DNA of 64,000 nt, from positions 993,999 to 1,057,998 of the forward strand of contig JAKMXF010000310.1 of NCBI GenBank assembly GCA_024704765.1. The letters are read 5' to 3'. The stretch comes from Oopsacas minuta. Taxonomy: Eukaryota > Animalia > Porifera. Shown piece by piece: positions 40,901-55,900 of this stretch (position 1 is its first letter; every line of letters begins with the position of its first letter). The notes beneath the pieces are model-generated. The model was not told where the DNA came from and ran no database searches. It worked only from the letters and a program-made list of their open reading frames with translations. A program made the position numbers and the translations under genes.

Positions 40901-43900
40901 CTACATTTTGTATCGATATTTGGTTTCAGGCAGATTTACGTACGCCTTCAAAAATATTCTCTGAAATTTATGCGACTGTAGGCGCGACGCATACGCCTGG
41001 ATAATAGCCTGGTAGTGACCATGTGTGACATTTATTTGTCATTATCCATTAATAAGTCGAAACCTTTAATGATATAACAAAACTCACTATCTGAGATTTA
41101 TAGTATATACTCAAATTAACATGATTCCTAGTCAAAATAGCCACAACCGAAACGGCCAGCTAAATCATTAAAAGTGATCATTATTTATTATATAAGGAGA
41201 TGACAAATGAAACTTAATAGCAGACTTATTATATTGATTAATATAAAATAATACGTAAATAGAAAGGTCCACATTTACTATTCTTAACTTTGAAGATAAG
41301 ACTCAGTTACTCTTCCTTGTGAATATTTATCTCATATAGTGAAAATTGCAGCTTGCATCCTCGTGTAAGTTAGCCTTTGGTACTTTTCAATTTATTTTGC
41401 GTTATTAGATGTAGTTGTAGTGTGATTATCTGAGACTCTTTATGTAAAAGTTCGATCAGGACATAAAATTGCAACTTTGCTCTTCGAGTTCTAGTATTAA
41501 TTCTTAAATGCCATCCTTCGTAGTCGTTATTGGCACGTACAGGTTGATTAACTACGGACTAATCTTTAGGTTTCCACTGTCCAGCCATCCATGTATTACC
41601 AATATAAGTTGCCAGTTGATGTCCAATATCATTACTGACGCGTCCTTCAAAAATTCTGAAAGCAGGTTCTATATGCTCGTATGGCAAAAATGGTTGAGCC
41701 ATTATTCTTCGGCCAAAATCATGAGTTGAATTGTTACTCAATTATCGTTGCTGCAAAACCAAGAGTTGCATGTTCCTCCATACTGCCTGTCTGCAGTGAA
41801 AGGAACAACCTGGATACGCTATTGGGAAGACTTTCCATAAATAAGACTCAGAATCCATCACAGCACTTTTAACAGCTGGTGCACCGGGAAGACATTCTAA
41901 TACCCTCTTATACACGTAACGTATAATACTTATAGAGAAAGAAATAGTGTGCAATACTTATAGAATAAGCATTACACACTATTTCTTATTCCCCTCGTAC
42001 AACTCTCTGATGACAGAGACGTGTAATGCCTGTGTTTACATGTCCAATGGTACCAGAATAAACAATCCCCACATTAAATAGCTTCCTGCATTAGGCTAAT
42101 CCATATTTCAGGAAAGGATCAACGACTGCTCCATTTCGTTTTACCGTTCGCGATTTAGTCCCTCGATTATTCGCCGTTTTTGTTCTGTTTTGTAGGAAAT
42201 TTGCAATTTTTATATTTTGTATGTATTACTATGGCAAAATGTATTATTTCCCAATAAACAGCTCACTTACATAGGACATTTTATCTAATTCAACATATCT
42301 AGTGTTTTGTTGTACAGTCAAACCAGCTTAATGAGCTACTTGGTATAACGGCACTACCTCTATATAACGGCCACTTTAATGGCTCAACCATTTTTGCCAT
42401 ACGAGCATATAGAACCTGCTTTCAGAATTTTTGAAGGACGCGTCAGTAATGATATTGGACATCAACTGGCAACTTATATTGGTAATACATGGATGGCTGG
42501 ACAGTGGAAACCTAAAGATTAGTCCGTAGTTAATCAACCTGTACGTGCCAATAACGACTACGAAGGATGGCATTTAAGAATTAATACTAGAACTCGAAGA
42601 GCAAAGTTGCAATTTTATGTCCTGATCGAACTTTTACATAAAGAGTCTCAGATAATCACACTACAACTACATCTAATAACGCAAAATAAATTGAAAAGTA
42701 CCAAAGGCTAACTTACACGAGGATGCAAGCTGCAATTTTCACTATATGAGATAAATATTCACAAGGAAGAGTAACTGAGTCTTATCTTCAAAGTTAAGAA
42801 TAGTAAATGTGGACCTTTCTATTTACGTATTATTTTATATTAATCAATATAATAAGTCTGCTATTAAGTTTCATTTGTCATCTCCTTATATAATAAATAA
42901 TGATCACTTTTAATGATTTAGCTGGCCGTTTCGGTTGTGGCTATTTTGACTAGGAATCATGTTAATTTGAGTATATACTATAAATCTCAGATAGTGAGTT
43001 TTGTTATATCATTAAAGGTTTCGACTTATTAATGGATAATGACAAATAAATGTCACACATGGTCACTACCAGGCTATTATCCAGGCGTATGCGTCGCGCC
43101 TACAGTCGCATAAATTTCAGAGAATATTTTTGAAGGCGTACGTAAATCTGCCTGAAACCAAATATCGTAATACAAAATGTAGAGTATAAGCCAGTGTTTC
43201 ACAACCTTTTTCTTCACACATCGCCTTCTTAGTTCTAATTGATACATTTATTTTATAATGGATTAATATATTATAACAATATTGAAATAATATAATAGTG
43301 TAATTCAGTTATATTTCGTGTCATCAAACTGCTTCGCTTGCTTGAAGAATTACGAAGAATTACAACTTTGATACAATCAATTAAACATATACATATGATT
43401 GTCCGCTTATTAATAAATCCATTAAAAATATGAAGAAGAGCAGGATTTTCACAATTGGGAAATCCTCAAATCTGATAGGTCAATACATTATGACACCAAG
43501 CTCAGAGAGTTTATATATCTCGCTTAGATAATTGAAAAATCAAGCTGAATTAATCACAATCTATACACATGCCAAATTTCAAGTTTGTAGTTCTCACCAA
43601 TTCTTCAATCAACTTGGACAAAACCACAAACAACCCATCGAGATCTAAATATATAAGATATAGGGTCTCGTTAGTCAATGATGTGGCTGTGCTTTATGTT
43701 GCTTACACAAGTTTTCTACAACAGAATTGGATTTTGTCAAATCTAAATGCAGATCACCCCAGATGTGACGTTAAGATTATTTCTTTTAAATGTCTGTAGG
43801 CTGTTGACCTACTGAATCCCACTTCAACTAGGTAGGACGTCCGGAAGCTATCATCAATAAGTTCAACTTCTGTCACAACAATGCATAAAACGTTTCAATA

Positions 43901-46900
43901 TATTGCCCCCTTGAAACCATGAACTTCAGTATGGTACAGTAAATTATTTTGGACTGCATCCATCCCTAAACAAAGGTTCGATAGAGACTTGTGTTTTTCG
44001 TGCAAGGCAACACTAGCTCTTCACCAACAGTGTCCACAACCAAATTTAATAAGAACACCAGATATACGAACTCCAACAGTTATTGTATAGATATATAGAA
44101 AATAAATTCCCGCCACCCACTGGTGAATACCCTTGCCTTTGTGTATAGAATGCTAGGGCTAAGTAAAGATTTGTTTCAACTTGGACAAACGCATCATATG
44201 CTAATATGTGTTATCTTGCTCATAATTATTAAATGGCGTTACAGTTCATGCAACTTCTGTCTTTAGATTAACCCAATGTATATCCCTGAGATTATGATAA
44301 TAATACATGATATTGAGGTGAAGAGGCAAGCGAAACGAGCAGAAATTTACGAATTGCAATTTGAGGCAATATTTCAGAGTATTGAAATGATTTTCCAATA
44401 CCACTATGATTCTATATCAGGTAAATTTATCCTGGTGGAGGGGATCCATCCCCACCACTGGCGGATTCGGCACTTTAAGAGTTCGCCCCGAGTCCCTATT
44501 AGTGGTAATTAGTATTCATCGGTGCGGGGCTGCGCCGGGGTATACTCCTGCATGAAAAAGTAAGACTCGGGGTGCTAATTCAGGGAGATACTGTAATCGC
44601 GTTTTAACATAATAGATATAAAACATAGAACATCACAAAAGCAACTCACATCTCCATCAGGGTTTTCAATGTATACTAACAACTGACAGATTAATTGATG
44701 TTGGGGTGGTTGATCAGCATCAGAAATAGAGAGTATAGTAGAGCTGAATGACGTCGGAATTGGAGGCCTAGTTCCGTTTCGCTCAAGTTGCGTAAGAATT
44801 GTAGCATTCAAGAGAAAAATTGGAGTGCTAAAAAGTGCAAGACTATAATTTCCAAACAAGTATTGAAAATAGAGCTATACAAAAGTAGGAAGCCTAGGCT
44901 AGTATAAAATTCAATTCTGTAAGAATATGTTTGACTGTGGCAAGGAATGGCTAATTGGTGGTATTTCCAGAGGCAGTATGAACTTTACTGCCGTAAACTT
45001 GTTCAAAAACAATAATTGTTTGCATTTTACAGGATACGTTTTTTGCTTTAGATCCCAAAATAGGCCTTGAATTTATATTCACTAACAAAAGATTTGCTAA
45101 ACTTTTTAATGCAAATTTCAAAAGGGATACAGTGAATTTCAAAAATTTCGACAGTGTTGACAAATTTTTTCTTGGAATAATGATGTAGTATAGTTAAGCA
45201 TTACCTCATCATGCTTAATTTGTTGGATCAATAATTTCAATAGTTTTATAAATTACATTAACTGCATACTTTGTTTTAAATTTCTTCTACTATGACCTTT
45301 TAACTGCTCCAGCATCGAATATTTGTAAAATGAAATTTTATAGGATTTTTGTGATGCATTTCGAAATTGATATAGTTGTTAGTGTTTAGGGCATTTATAT
45401 GCTGATAAAAGTTTCTAATGGACTATAATTATCTAGCCTTGATAAACGTGCTGCACTACCATACTGCCTAGTTTCCCTTGTAGCAGGGCCTGCATGGACC
45501 TGACATATACATATAGCTAAAAATTAAGGGCAGATAATACTAGTGAATAATAATATGATTATAGAAAGGAATTAGATTGTGTGAAACTCGAAGGTTTCTA
45601 GTATAATAAAACAAATTTTATATACATTTAATACATTACAATAATTATAAATCAAATGTATGCCTTTAATACTAAGTATTTAATAAGATCAAAGAAATAT
45701 CTTCGATGAGTAGCCTCCCTTTCAGACTACACTCACTACAGCCATTCTCATCTTCATATGTATAGAGTATATATATCGGCGAGACTGACATCATTCAGTC
45801 AGGTTACTTTGGTCGAGTGTACTTGATTCGGATACGCCTGTGGCGCAACCCCATGAGAGTTAGCGTATACTTGTGTGGTGTATTTTGAGGTCGGTAACTT
45901 GGGTGGGTTTGGTTGGATAGGCTTAAATCTAATTGTACTGTTTTGAGATGACACAGACACTCGAGCAGACACAGACCAAGACATCGGAGTTGCCATAAGA
46001 AGGGTATTATATTACTGTCATGCTATATTTGGTACCCCATAGTAGATCCGACCGAACAATATATGGCATCATATATATCCCCCTGACCCCTCTAGTGCAA
46101 TGTACCCCGGATAATAAACATAGAAGTGAGGAACTATTTCTCTAAAGAGGAAAATGAAGATGGTCTGTTTGTTAAAAAGGACATTTTTCGAATTAGTTAC
46201 AATTCAATCTTCAATTGTAGTATTTGTGCATTTTCTTATCTACTTATATTTGTACTGTAGTCGTTGAGAGATTTTTCCAGGGATTTGTGTATCTATATTA
46301 TTAATATAGATGAGTTAAAATCTCACGCAACAGATCTAAGCGATATCACGAAAACTCTCTACGATATGTTTTAATAATATCTTGACCAATCAGATTTCAG
46401 AGTTCATTAACTAAAAGAATATTGCCGTATCTATAGACTACTATATATGAGGCCTGACAATAACTGGACCAGGGATACGTAAAACACGATGGAACAAACT
46501 CTATATGATTTCTATATTGCAGAAGCAGTGCATTTTTCCCAAAATAAATACACTCCCCTGGCCAAAAGTATTGGAACACTCTTCCACAATTGACACATAG
46601 CACAAATATGAATTTACTCTAGTTGCATAAGCTGAAATTAATTTCAAACATCTGTGATCATATTTCGATCATTACTTTTATCATTACAATCGCCTTTTCT
46701 GATATATTTTCAGATTATTCAGAACGTATATTCTCGCAATGTACCATATGCCACATGTGTCATTAATGGTATGGTGTTCCAATACTTTTGGCCAGGGAGT
46801 GTATATTTCATATTGGTAGAACAACAAATTATCACAATTTTGTATATATACCAAAATATTTCAGGATAATCTCAAAATATGTGCCCTGTGAGCATATTCG

Positions 46901-49900
46901 GTACAATATGTTATTCCTTGATGCCCGAAGAACAATAATAACTATATCTTTAATTTCAAAGTGAATATGTGAAATGATCTATAGATACTTTATGCACAAT
47001 ATCAAAATTTTGTAATACAAAATTGGCTCGTTCTTGAGTTACAGTAGAGACCAGGGAAGTCACATTTTAATCAGTATCTAATTATAACTCGATAATAAGT
47101 AGATTATTATCAAATAAGGATAACCAATTTGTAGTAAATGCCCGACTTCCTATACCCTGATAATACATTTTGATATGATATATCAGAAGGTTATTGCGTA
47201 ATGTTAAAAATTTGAATATACAGGATACGGGCACATCGCTTCTCGATGAACTCAGCACATTGCGCATAGAGGTGTCCATTATTCTCCAAAATTGACGGCC
47301 CCTTAAGGTATCATTATATATATATTATTGAATTATTTTGTAAGATCAACCAGGGGGTTTAGAGCAAACCTGTATATATGCTTTGCAATTTGGCTAATTT
47401 GTTTACTTCATATTAATAAAAATAACAATAAATTTACATATGAGAAACTTGAATATGCGAAATTCGGATTCAGCGTAGTTAGTTACTCTTGGATAGCTGT
47501 TTAGAGCAAGCATGTACGTATATTTTGAGATTTGGATAATTTGTATACCTTATATTCATAAAAACAACCAATAAATTTACATATGATTAATCCCAAAGTG
47601 TGAAAATCTGATTCAGCATGTTCGATATATACAGGGTGTCCAATAATTACTGGCCTATCCATTGTTAACATTTGTCGAACTAATTAGATACAGTAGTATT
47701 AGTGTATTTCTACAAGATCCTGTTAATGTTTTTATCTACTCATATACTATCTTTTGCGGCTATGACGAAATTTTTCTGGCTACATTTTTGTGTATATGTA
47801 GCAACTTTGAGATTTTACTCTTATTTCTGTTATTTTGGAGTAGTGTTGATGGATTCCGACATCCGATATAGAGCAATTGGTTTGTTAGAAGCGGGTACAA
47901 GCCAGAAAGAAGTAGCATGTAGGTTTGGAAAGGGAGTTCGAACAATCATACGTTGGTGGTTTCGATTCAAACAAAATTCTAGTCTCACACATCGAAAAGG
48001 TGCTGGACGGCCTAAAAAAAAATGAATATGGCGGCCAAAATGGTGATCGTGAAATCGTTGGGTAAAAGACATCACTCAACTAGGAAATTGTCGACTAAAC
48101 TGAAGTTAAAGGGGTACCAGATTTCAAAGAGCACTGTACACAATTATTTACGGAATCAATTAGCTGTTAGGGCATTTTTTTAAAAGGCCGAAAAAACCCA
48201 AGCTGACTCAAAATCAGATGATAAACAGACTCAAATTCTGTCAAAAAGTGAAAGATTCGACAGTCAATGATTGGAAGAAAGTTATGTGGTCAGATGAATC
48301 ACTATTTGAATTATTCCATTCGAGTAACACGCAAAATGATCGTATTTGGGCCCACAGTACTCAGGATGTTCTCCCTAGAGAGACAATAAGAATCCACCCA
48401 AAATAATGGTCTGGGGCATGATGAGCTATCGAGGATTATCAGACTTGCACTTTATTCCACCAAAACAAACAGTCAATGCGCTATACTATGTTTCAGATAA
48501 TTTGGAAGGTACATGCCTAAATACACCAAGAGAAGAAGAATAAACGGGCCTGTTTATTCTAGAAAATTGGTATTAAAAAGGTCGGAGGCACATTTCATGC
48601 AAGACGGTGCTCCTGCTCACAGGGCCATAGTTGCACAAGAATGGTGCAAAAAGCAATTTTCAAGCTTTTGGACTAAGGATGAGTGGCCTGGTAACTCACC
48701 AGATTTAAACCCAATAGAGAGTATATGGGGTATATTGAAACAATCCATTGAGAAATGAAGCAACCAAAGAACGTTGAACAACTGAAAAATCAACTCGAAA
48801 TTGCATGGAAAAATATTCAACGCCAATGGCTAGAGAATATTGTGGCAGGCATGCCAGAAAGGATTAATAAATGTTTACGACTTAATGGAGATTATATAGG
48901 AAAGTAAGCGTACATTATGAGGTCTTATATTTCATAATATATTTTAGAATTGAATAGGCCAATAATTTCTGGACACCCTGTATAGTGAAGTTTTACTGAA
49001 TTCTATTTACTTCCTTGATAAACACGATAAATACATAGTTATGCGACAATTTCAGAATTGCATACCGTTAATCATTTCTTTAACGGACAAACAAACAAAC
49101 AAACAACAATTGAGATGAAATAATACAGATTCATGATTACGTTACATTGGTAAGAGCATAGTTACATTACAAAAGGCCTCACAACTGAGAATGGATTTTG
49201 AATCACGAATGCACTTGTCGACCGAAATTAATAGCATGGACGATGTGTGAGATGAATATAAACATCTTTTTGATGAAAATAACTCAAACAAATAATCCTG
49301 TGCTCCAGCAACAGTCTGTCGGCTGGACATTTTGAATAAATAGTTGTAAATTTTTGTTGGACTATGCACTATAATGAAATATGATAAGGCTCCATCGTCC
49401 CAAATTTTGTCTCTAGTCAGGAAATATTTTATCTGTATATTTCTAAATTTATGGATAAGTTTTGGTCACAGATTATGTAATACACATTTTACTAATACAG
49501 TAGAACCTAGTTAGTACGAACACGGTTAATACGAACAAATATTTACACAAAAACAAGTCCCTACAATTGTTTTTCAATTGATTTTGTGGGATAATAGGTA
49601 CTCAAGATAAGAAGTACACATTTCGAAAGTCAGCTCGTGTACGTATTAACGATATCCTACTGTAGTTGAAAAATTCAATATCTTCATGCCCCAGAGGGAA
49701 TGTGATGAGATATCGAAGGGTCAAAATATTTTACATTTCACCTTGCCTATAAAAATAAAATAAAAATACGATACCGTCCGCCGTCCCAGATTTTCGAAGA
49801 AATTTGGATGAGACACAGTTAATACATTTTACATGACCTAAAAGTAAGTGGAAAGAAAAGGAATTAAAAGCATAGTTGGACAACTCTTGATATCAGAAAT

Positions 49901-52900
49901 TATTTGTATGGCACAATCGCTGAACAGGTTACCATGTCCACAAGGAACTAAAACTCTTGTGTGATTTGCAAACTTATAACACACTGTTTTGTATTTTCTG
50001 TTAGAATCAGTAAAATCATTAACTGCAACATCATGATGACGTAATAATCCTATGATGAGTTAGGTTTTGGTCAGAATCATGACGTCAGTACATTTGTCAC
50101 ACACTAAAGGTTACCTGTGATTCAAATTTCAAACTTCTATCATATATATTGGCTGAGCAGTGGTTAATAATATCAAGGAGGCAATGACGTCATAATTTCG
50201 TCATAAGTGTGAATTTCTTCCAAGACTCAAACACACATACATACAGATTAAAAGCGTTTTAATAGCATAGATTACAGGAATAGTATACCCATACTGAATG
50301 CAAAATATTGTAAATATCTGATAAAAAATTATCGGGACAGTATAAAATGTCCCGCCGAAACAAATTTGCTGGCAAGTCTCTGCTTATAGTAGCATTTTAT
50401 CTGACATACAAATTCTAGCAACGCTATTATCTTCACATACATTAGCCTTATGCATATATATGAGTAACGATTAAATCCTACATGATGCGTTGATCAAAAT
50501 AGATAGTCCCAGACAAATGTGTTGAATAATTTCTCTTTCGAATGGTATACAATGAAATTGTTGCATAAGTATGTATTATCGTGTTTATCAAGGAAGTAAA
50601 TAGAATTCAATAAAACTTCACTAAATATATCGGACATGATGAATCCAATTTTCACAGTTTTGGATGAATCATATGTAAATTTAGTGTTGTTTTTATGAAT
50701 ATACAGGAAAAAATTAGCAATATTTCAAAATTACTTAGATACTTGCTCTCAACGGCTACAAAGGGGGTTGATCTTACAAAATATTTCAATAATATATATG
50801 CCATATACGTATACTTGTGAATTTCATTGTTTTAATATATCTATATTATACGTATTACTCAAAGGGGTCGCCAATTTGGAGAATAATGGATACCTCGAGG
50901 CGTAATGCGACAAGCCAAAGCTCGTAGTAATCTATAACAAAATTGTAATTATACTATAGAAGATCCTCCGACTTGAACTCAGTGCCAAACACATTACTCA
51001 AATACAAAAAACTGAATTATATCAAAAGATCACAGAAATATTATCGCGAACCACGCTCGCGAAATTTTATGTACCAAAAGATTCACATAAAAAGTGGGGC
51101 GGCTCAGGCCGCCCCAGCTTCGCCGGCCCGAGTCCTAGTCCAGAATTTACCCTGGCATAATCTGTCCTAGTCTAGATAACTATTAAGTGGTTGATTGATG
51201 CAAACTATTTTCATGCTAAATCTATTATGCTATTAATAAAATCAGGTGGAGCTCCAAACTCACGATTGAAGCACTAAAGTTCTGATATATTCCCTAAAAT
51301 TAAATCAGTGATAGTCCTCCTATATTACATTGATCCATACACTCGAAATTGTTCCCAACAGTGTATCTTACTGTAGATAGAGGTTATTTTTGAAATAATG
51401 CTAGTTCTATGGGCATGAGTCAGCTTAGCCACCCCACTTTCCATGGGATTCCTCCTATCCTTTAATGGACAATGTCGTTACTTGTTAGAACAAGAATTTA
51501 TTGTTATTTGGTATACTAGACTAAAGGCATGAAAATGTGGTTAATACTGAGATAACTATGTGAATTTTAACTTTCAGGCTCTGAAAAACTCAAAATCAGA
51601 CACTAAGCGTGTTTTAGATTAGAGAGAGAAAGGCTATTTAGATAATAAATAATCAATTTTGCATACTACTTAATTAGAAATTTAGATATGATGGCTAAGA
51701 TATGAGATACAAGATAGTTAGATAGCAATTAATATACGTGATCAATTATCAATTCTGGAGTAACACTAAACCGGATAGATCTCTAAGGTCCAACGGAATC
51801 CGGATTACACACTCTATACTGCATGTTAGTACAATTTTAATATTGATTATTAAGAAATTGGTTCCTATGTAGTATTAGCTTACTTGTCATCCAATAGTTG
51901 CATAAATAGAATCTGATCAAATCTTGTTGGTGCATTGATAGAATCGAGTAACTGTAGTCTAATTGTTCGAGGAATAGAATTGTTTGGCTCAGAGGCAATG
52001 TTTCTGTATAAGAACGTTCCCAGAAAAGATTGATAATCATCTATTCCAGCCTCTCCGGTAATAGTCACATTGGTAGAATAATTCCCAGAAACAAGTAAAG
52101 GAGGAAAACTCGATTCAAACTGTTGGAAAAGATATTCAATAACATGTGATACAATAAATATCTAATTTAGCCTGTGCTTAATTTTAATTAAACTAAAGCA
52201 AAAGGAATGTTGAAAAAATTAAATTCTACAAAATAATCCAGTTCAGCAAGAAATTGTTCAAATTGGTATAATATGATCGTGTTATGATTAGATCAGGGCT
52301 CAATTCATTTCTTTTAAGGAAAGACCAAAAAGATATTCGAGGTAAGTTTCATGGACTAAATTGTATTTTTCTAAGCCTAGATTGAGTTTTGTGATGCAGG
52401 TTAGAGTTTTAGGTTGCAGCTGTTCTCAGGATTTATTCTCACTTATTTATTATATGATCGTAATATTCATGATGAACACAAAGGAAGGGCCGAGTTCGCC
52501 AGAAATCGGCTCTCGATTGGTTCCAGGTTGAGAAAATTTGGTCCGGGTTGGTCTGGGTTGGTGCAAGTTGGGCTAAGATTCCCTACCTTGTTGAGAAATT
52601 CGGTTATGTGCCTGAACAACAAATTGACAACGAATTTGATCTTCGTGTTGTGATTAATACAGCATACCTGTATTAATATTTTGTTTCCGAATATGAAATT
52701 TCAACACATTGAGACCTCAAGGTTAAATAATTGCACCAAAGTTTGTGAATTGAACAAATTTAGGGAACAAGTTAAAACTATTACCTAAAAAGTTCAAACG
52801 GCCATCATTGAATATTTAATCGAATATTTTTGTAAAATATGAATTAAATAAATTTAATGCTAACATTGTTTAAATTTGTTCTTGTACTTCACACTCAAGA

Positions 52901-55900
52901 TAAATATTTTTAACGCTAGATCATTCGAAAATTCTCAATATATACAAAATGAACAGAAATGAATATATTCATCAAAAATTTATGAATTTTCAAAGAAATG
53001 ATTTGAAGATCTGTTCAGAAAGCGTTCTAAAGAAATGTGCATTTAAATTTATAATTAAAAATAAATTTCAACATGGAGTCAAAGTCCGAAGTGTTTAAGC
53101 CCGCCCTTTTCAAGCACTTGTCGACTGATTTATAATCAAAGTACGTAACTCTCTTGTATGTATACTTATAGAAGTAACACAATAAGCTTTCTTAAATGTA
53201 TTATTTTCAATATATCAGGGGTTTCCAAAGAATGGCGAATGAGATAAGCTGAACTTAACTCTTTGTCAAGGGCTTGACCTTGTACTTGGACTTAAGCCCG
53301 TTAGAAAGGGGTGACCCAATGCCTGACTGACTCAATATGAATGAATAGAGCTGGAGGACAATAATTCTACGAAAACATGAGTGTTTGCACAAGTCAATAT
53401 GACGTCAGGGGATTAATTGAATAGTCCTAACTCCATTAATATATAAGATAGAATAATACTAGCAATTGAGTAATGAGAGCAAGGTACGTTTTTCAAATTT
53501 TGAGAATTCGAAAAATACATCCAACAATAAAGTTTGGACGCACTTACAAATTATCCCAAATGTTTAGTTAAGTTGTCATGATGTCACGGCATAACTAGAA
53601 TACTCCCTTACACCATTTTGTATAAGAGATAGAATAATACTAACAATTGTTGAAATATAGTAAAAAGGACAGGGTTTTACACAACTTATTTGAATCGTCA
53701 TAATTTTACTCACCTTTATTTTACTGTTCCGACTATACTTTAGTATAGTGGCCCAGTATTGAAATGGTTGCCTATATGGCGTAAGAAATATTGAAGATAT
53801 TCGTAAGGTCTGAGCAGACACCAAGTGCCACTATTTCACACTGGTCAAACTTTTGTCTGGCCTCAAGCAAAAAATTATGAAAGGAAACCTGCCAAATTTT
53901 TCACACCATTCGAAAGAGAAAAAATCTACACCTTCGTACTCCTCTAGAATTTATATTGGTTCCAGTTTTTTGCTGAAAGTATTCATTATATAGCATTATG
54001 TCATCGGTAATAATTCTATTGTTCTTAGATGTTAAATATTTATTAGTTAAACAATATGGATTCATTGAATATCTAAGTTTAACAGTTGCTTTAATTATTT
54101 TATAATGTTTACGAATAAAATATTTTTCAAATTAATAATGAATAATTTAAAAGATATATATTTCCCCGAATATATAACCTTTGAATAATCGTAGAAAATT
54201 GTTCCAAACAGCAAAAGGGGGTAATTCAATACGCTGATTCCGAATTTGTACCGATGAAATCTTCTCCAGTATTCCCTTTTACTAATATTATTTAGTCAAC
54301 TGATAAATAACTTTTACAAACAAATTGAATATTATAATAACTGGATAATCATAGTAAATAGTAAATATATCGTTAATGTAGTCCTTCGCAGAGCGAGGAA
54401 AAAATATAAAATTACAACCTGTTTCCGACAGCTTAGTCTATTAATTAAATGTTTAAAAAGTGGCACTATTAATTGGAGGCACTATATGTAATGAGATTAA
54501 AACCTACCTCCCTTGGTACTTACAATTAATAGCACTTTTTAAACATTTAATTAATAGACTAAGCTGTCGGCACAGGTTGTAATTTTATATTTTCATATTT
54601 TTATATGTGTACACTCCCCTGGCCAGACCAATAGTGTTCAGAGCACAAAGTTATACTCAAAATTACACATAATCTCATAAGGGTAGATTTAAGTTAAATA
54701 TTTCCTGCAAGACATTACGACACAATTATCCCACCATCTATACTACCAGCAAAAATTTATCCATAATTTCTTGACCAAAATACATTCTTAAGATTCACAA
54801 AGAAATTCTTCAGATATAAGCTCTTCAAAAATTTGAAATCACTCTCAGCTTTCCCACAAATTAAAGAAATATACGCCACTATCCAACCATAATGGCATCA
54901 AAAATTGGTCCGAATAATTAATATAATGTGTTACGTATAAGACTCTGCCTTAACTATAATTATTTTAAGTAAATTATTTAGAAATGTATTAATAAAGTTG
55001 TTTTTCAATAGGCTTGAATAATACAGAAAAAATGTAATATGGATTCAGTTAGATAGATTGAATATCTAAGTATAATTAACGGTAGCTTGAGTAATATATA
55101 TTATATTTATTATTAAAATATATTTCAAAATAACGATGGATAAATAATATATAGGCAACCATTTCAATACTGGGCCACTATACTAAAGTATAATCGTCAC
55201 AGTAAAATATATAATTACAACTTGTGCCGACAGTTTAGTCTATTGCTTAAATTTGTTTAAAGTGGCACTATGTGTATTTGGTTATATTTAATTTTATAGT
55301 GCCATTCAACAAATAGACTAAGCTGTCGGCACAAGTTGTAATTGTACATTTTTGCTCGCTACGCTTGCAATTTATTGTAAAATTAAATAAAACATTATAA
55401 TATTGTCAAATTATCGAAATCTCACAAATGAAAAATGTTGCCATGTCATCATTACTCTACTATGGTGACGTCATTATTATCCTAAGAAATGTATCCCATT
55501 TAGCATCTACTACATTTCATCAAATGCAAGTACAGTATGTCCAATAATTATTGCAACACATCATTATTTCTATTTCAACCACTGCTATAGTTCTAGTTGA
55601 TAAGTAGTAGTTACTGTACTAATATAGAAAGTTAATTGGTATCTATTTGAAGATAAATCTGAGTAAACACAATGGGATTATATTTTTTGCTAATGAGGAT
55701 GACGTCATTATTTATGATGACGTCATCATTTAGTACCTTTCATCATAAATTAGAAAATTCTCTTACCTTTTAGCTGAATAATTTAGCATTTAGCGTTGAT
55801 ATGGCTCAAGAGGTGATGAGAGAAAAGATCAAAACTCTATTGATTGGCGATAAACATACACCTACTGAAATCTCACGCATTTTAGATGTTGATCGAGGGA

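Noticed and set aside
40791-43292. Treating the inverted duplication as a bona fide MULE with 900-bp TIRs
   Set aside because: The 9-bp flanks (ggcaaatat vs gaaataata) do not match, and the arms contain transposase coding sequence rather than true termini.
45799-45996. ORF beginning MATPM, like the hAT pseudogene at 3546
   Set aside because: Similarity is limited to the first five codons; low-complexity remainder, likely coincidence.
25440-54250. Recurrent gcgaaattcggattcagc / gctgattccgaatt motif (e.g. about 25490, 37760, 37890, 47460, 54235) as a regulatory element
   Set aside because: It always sits in the same larger AT-rich repeat context, so it is better explained as an abundant dispersed repeat family whose boundaries I could not define.
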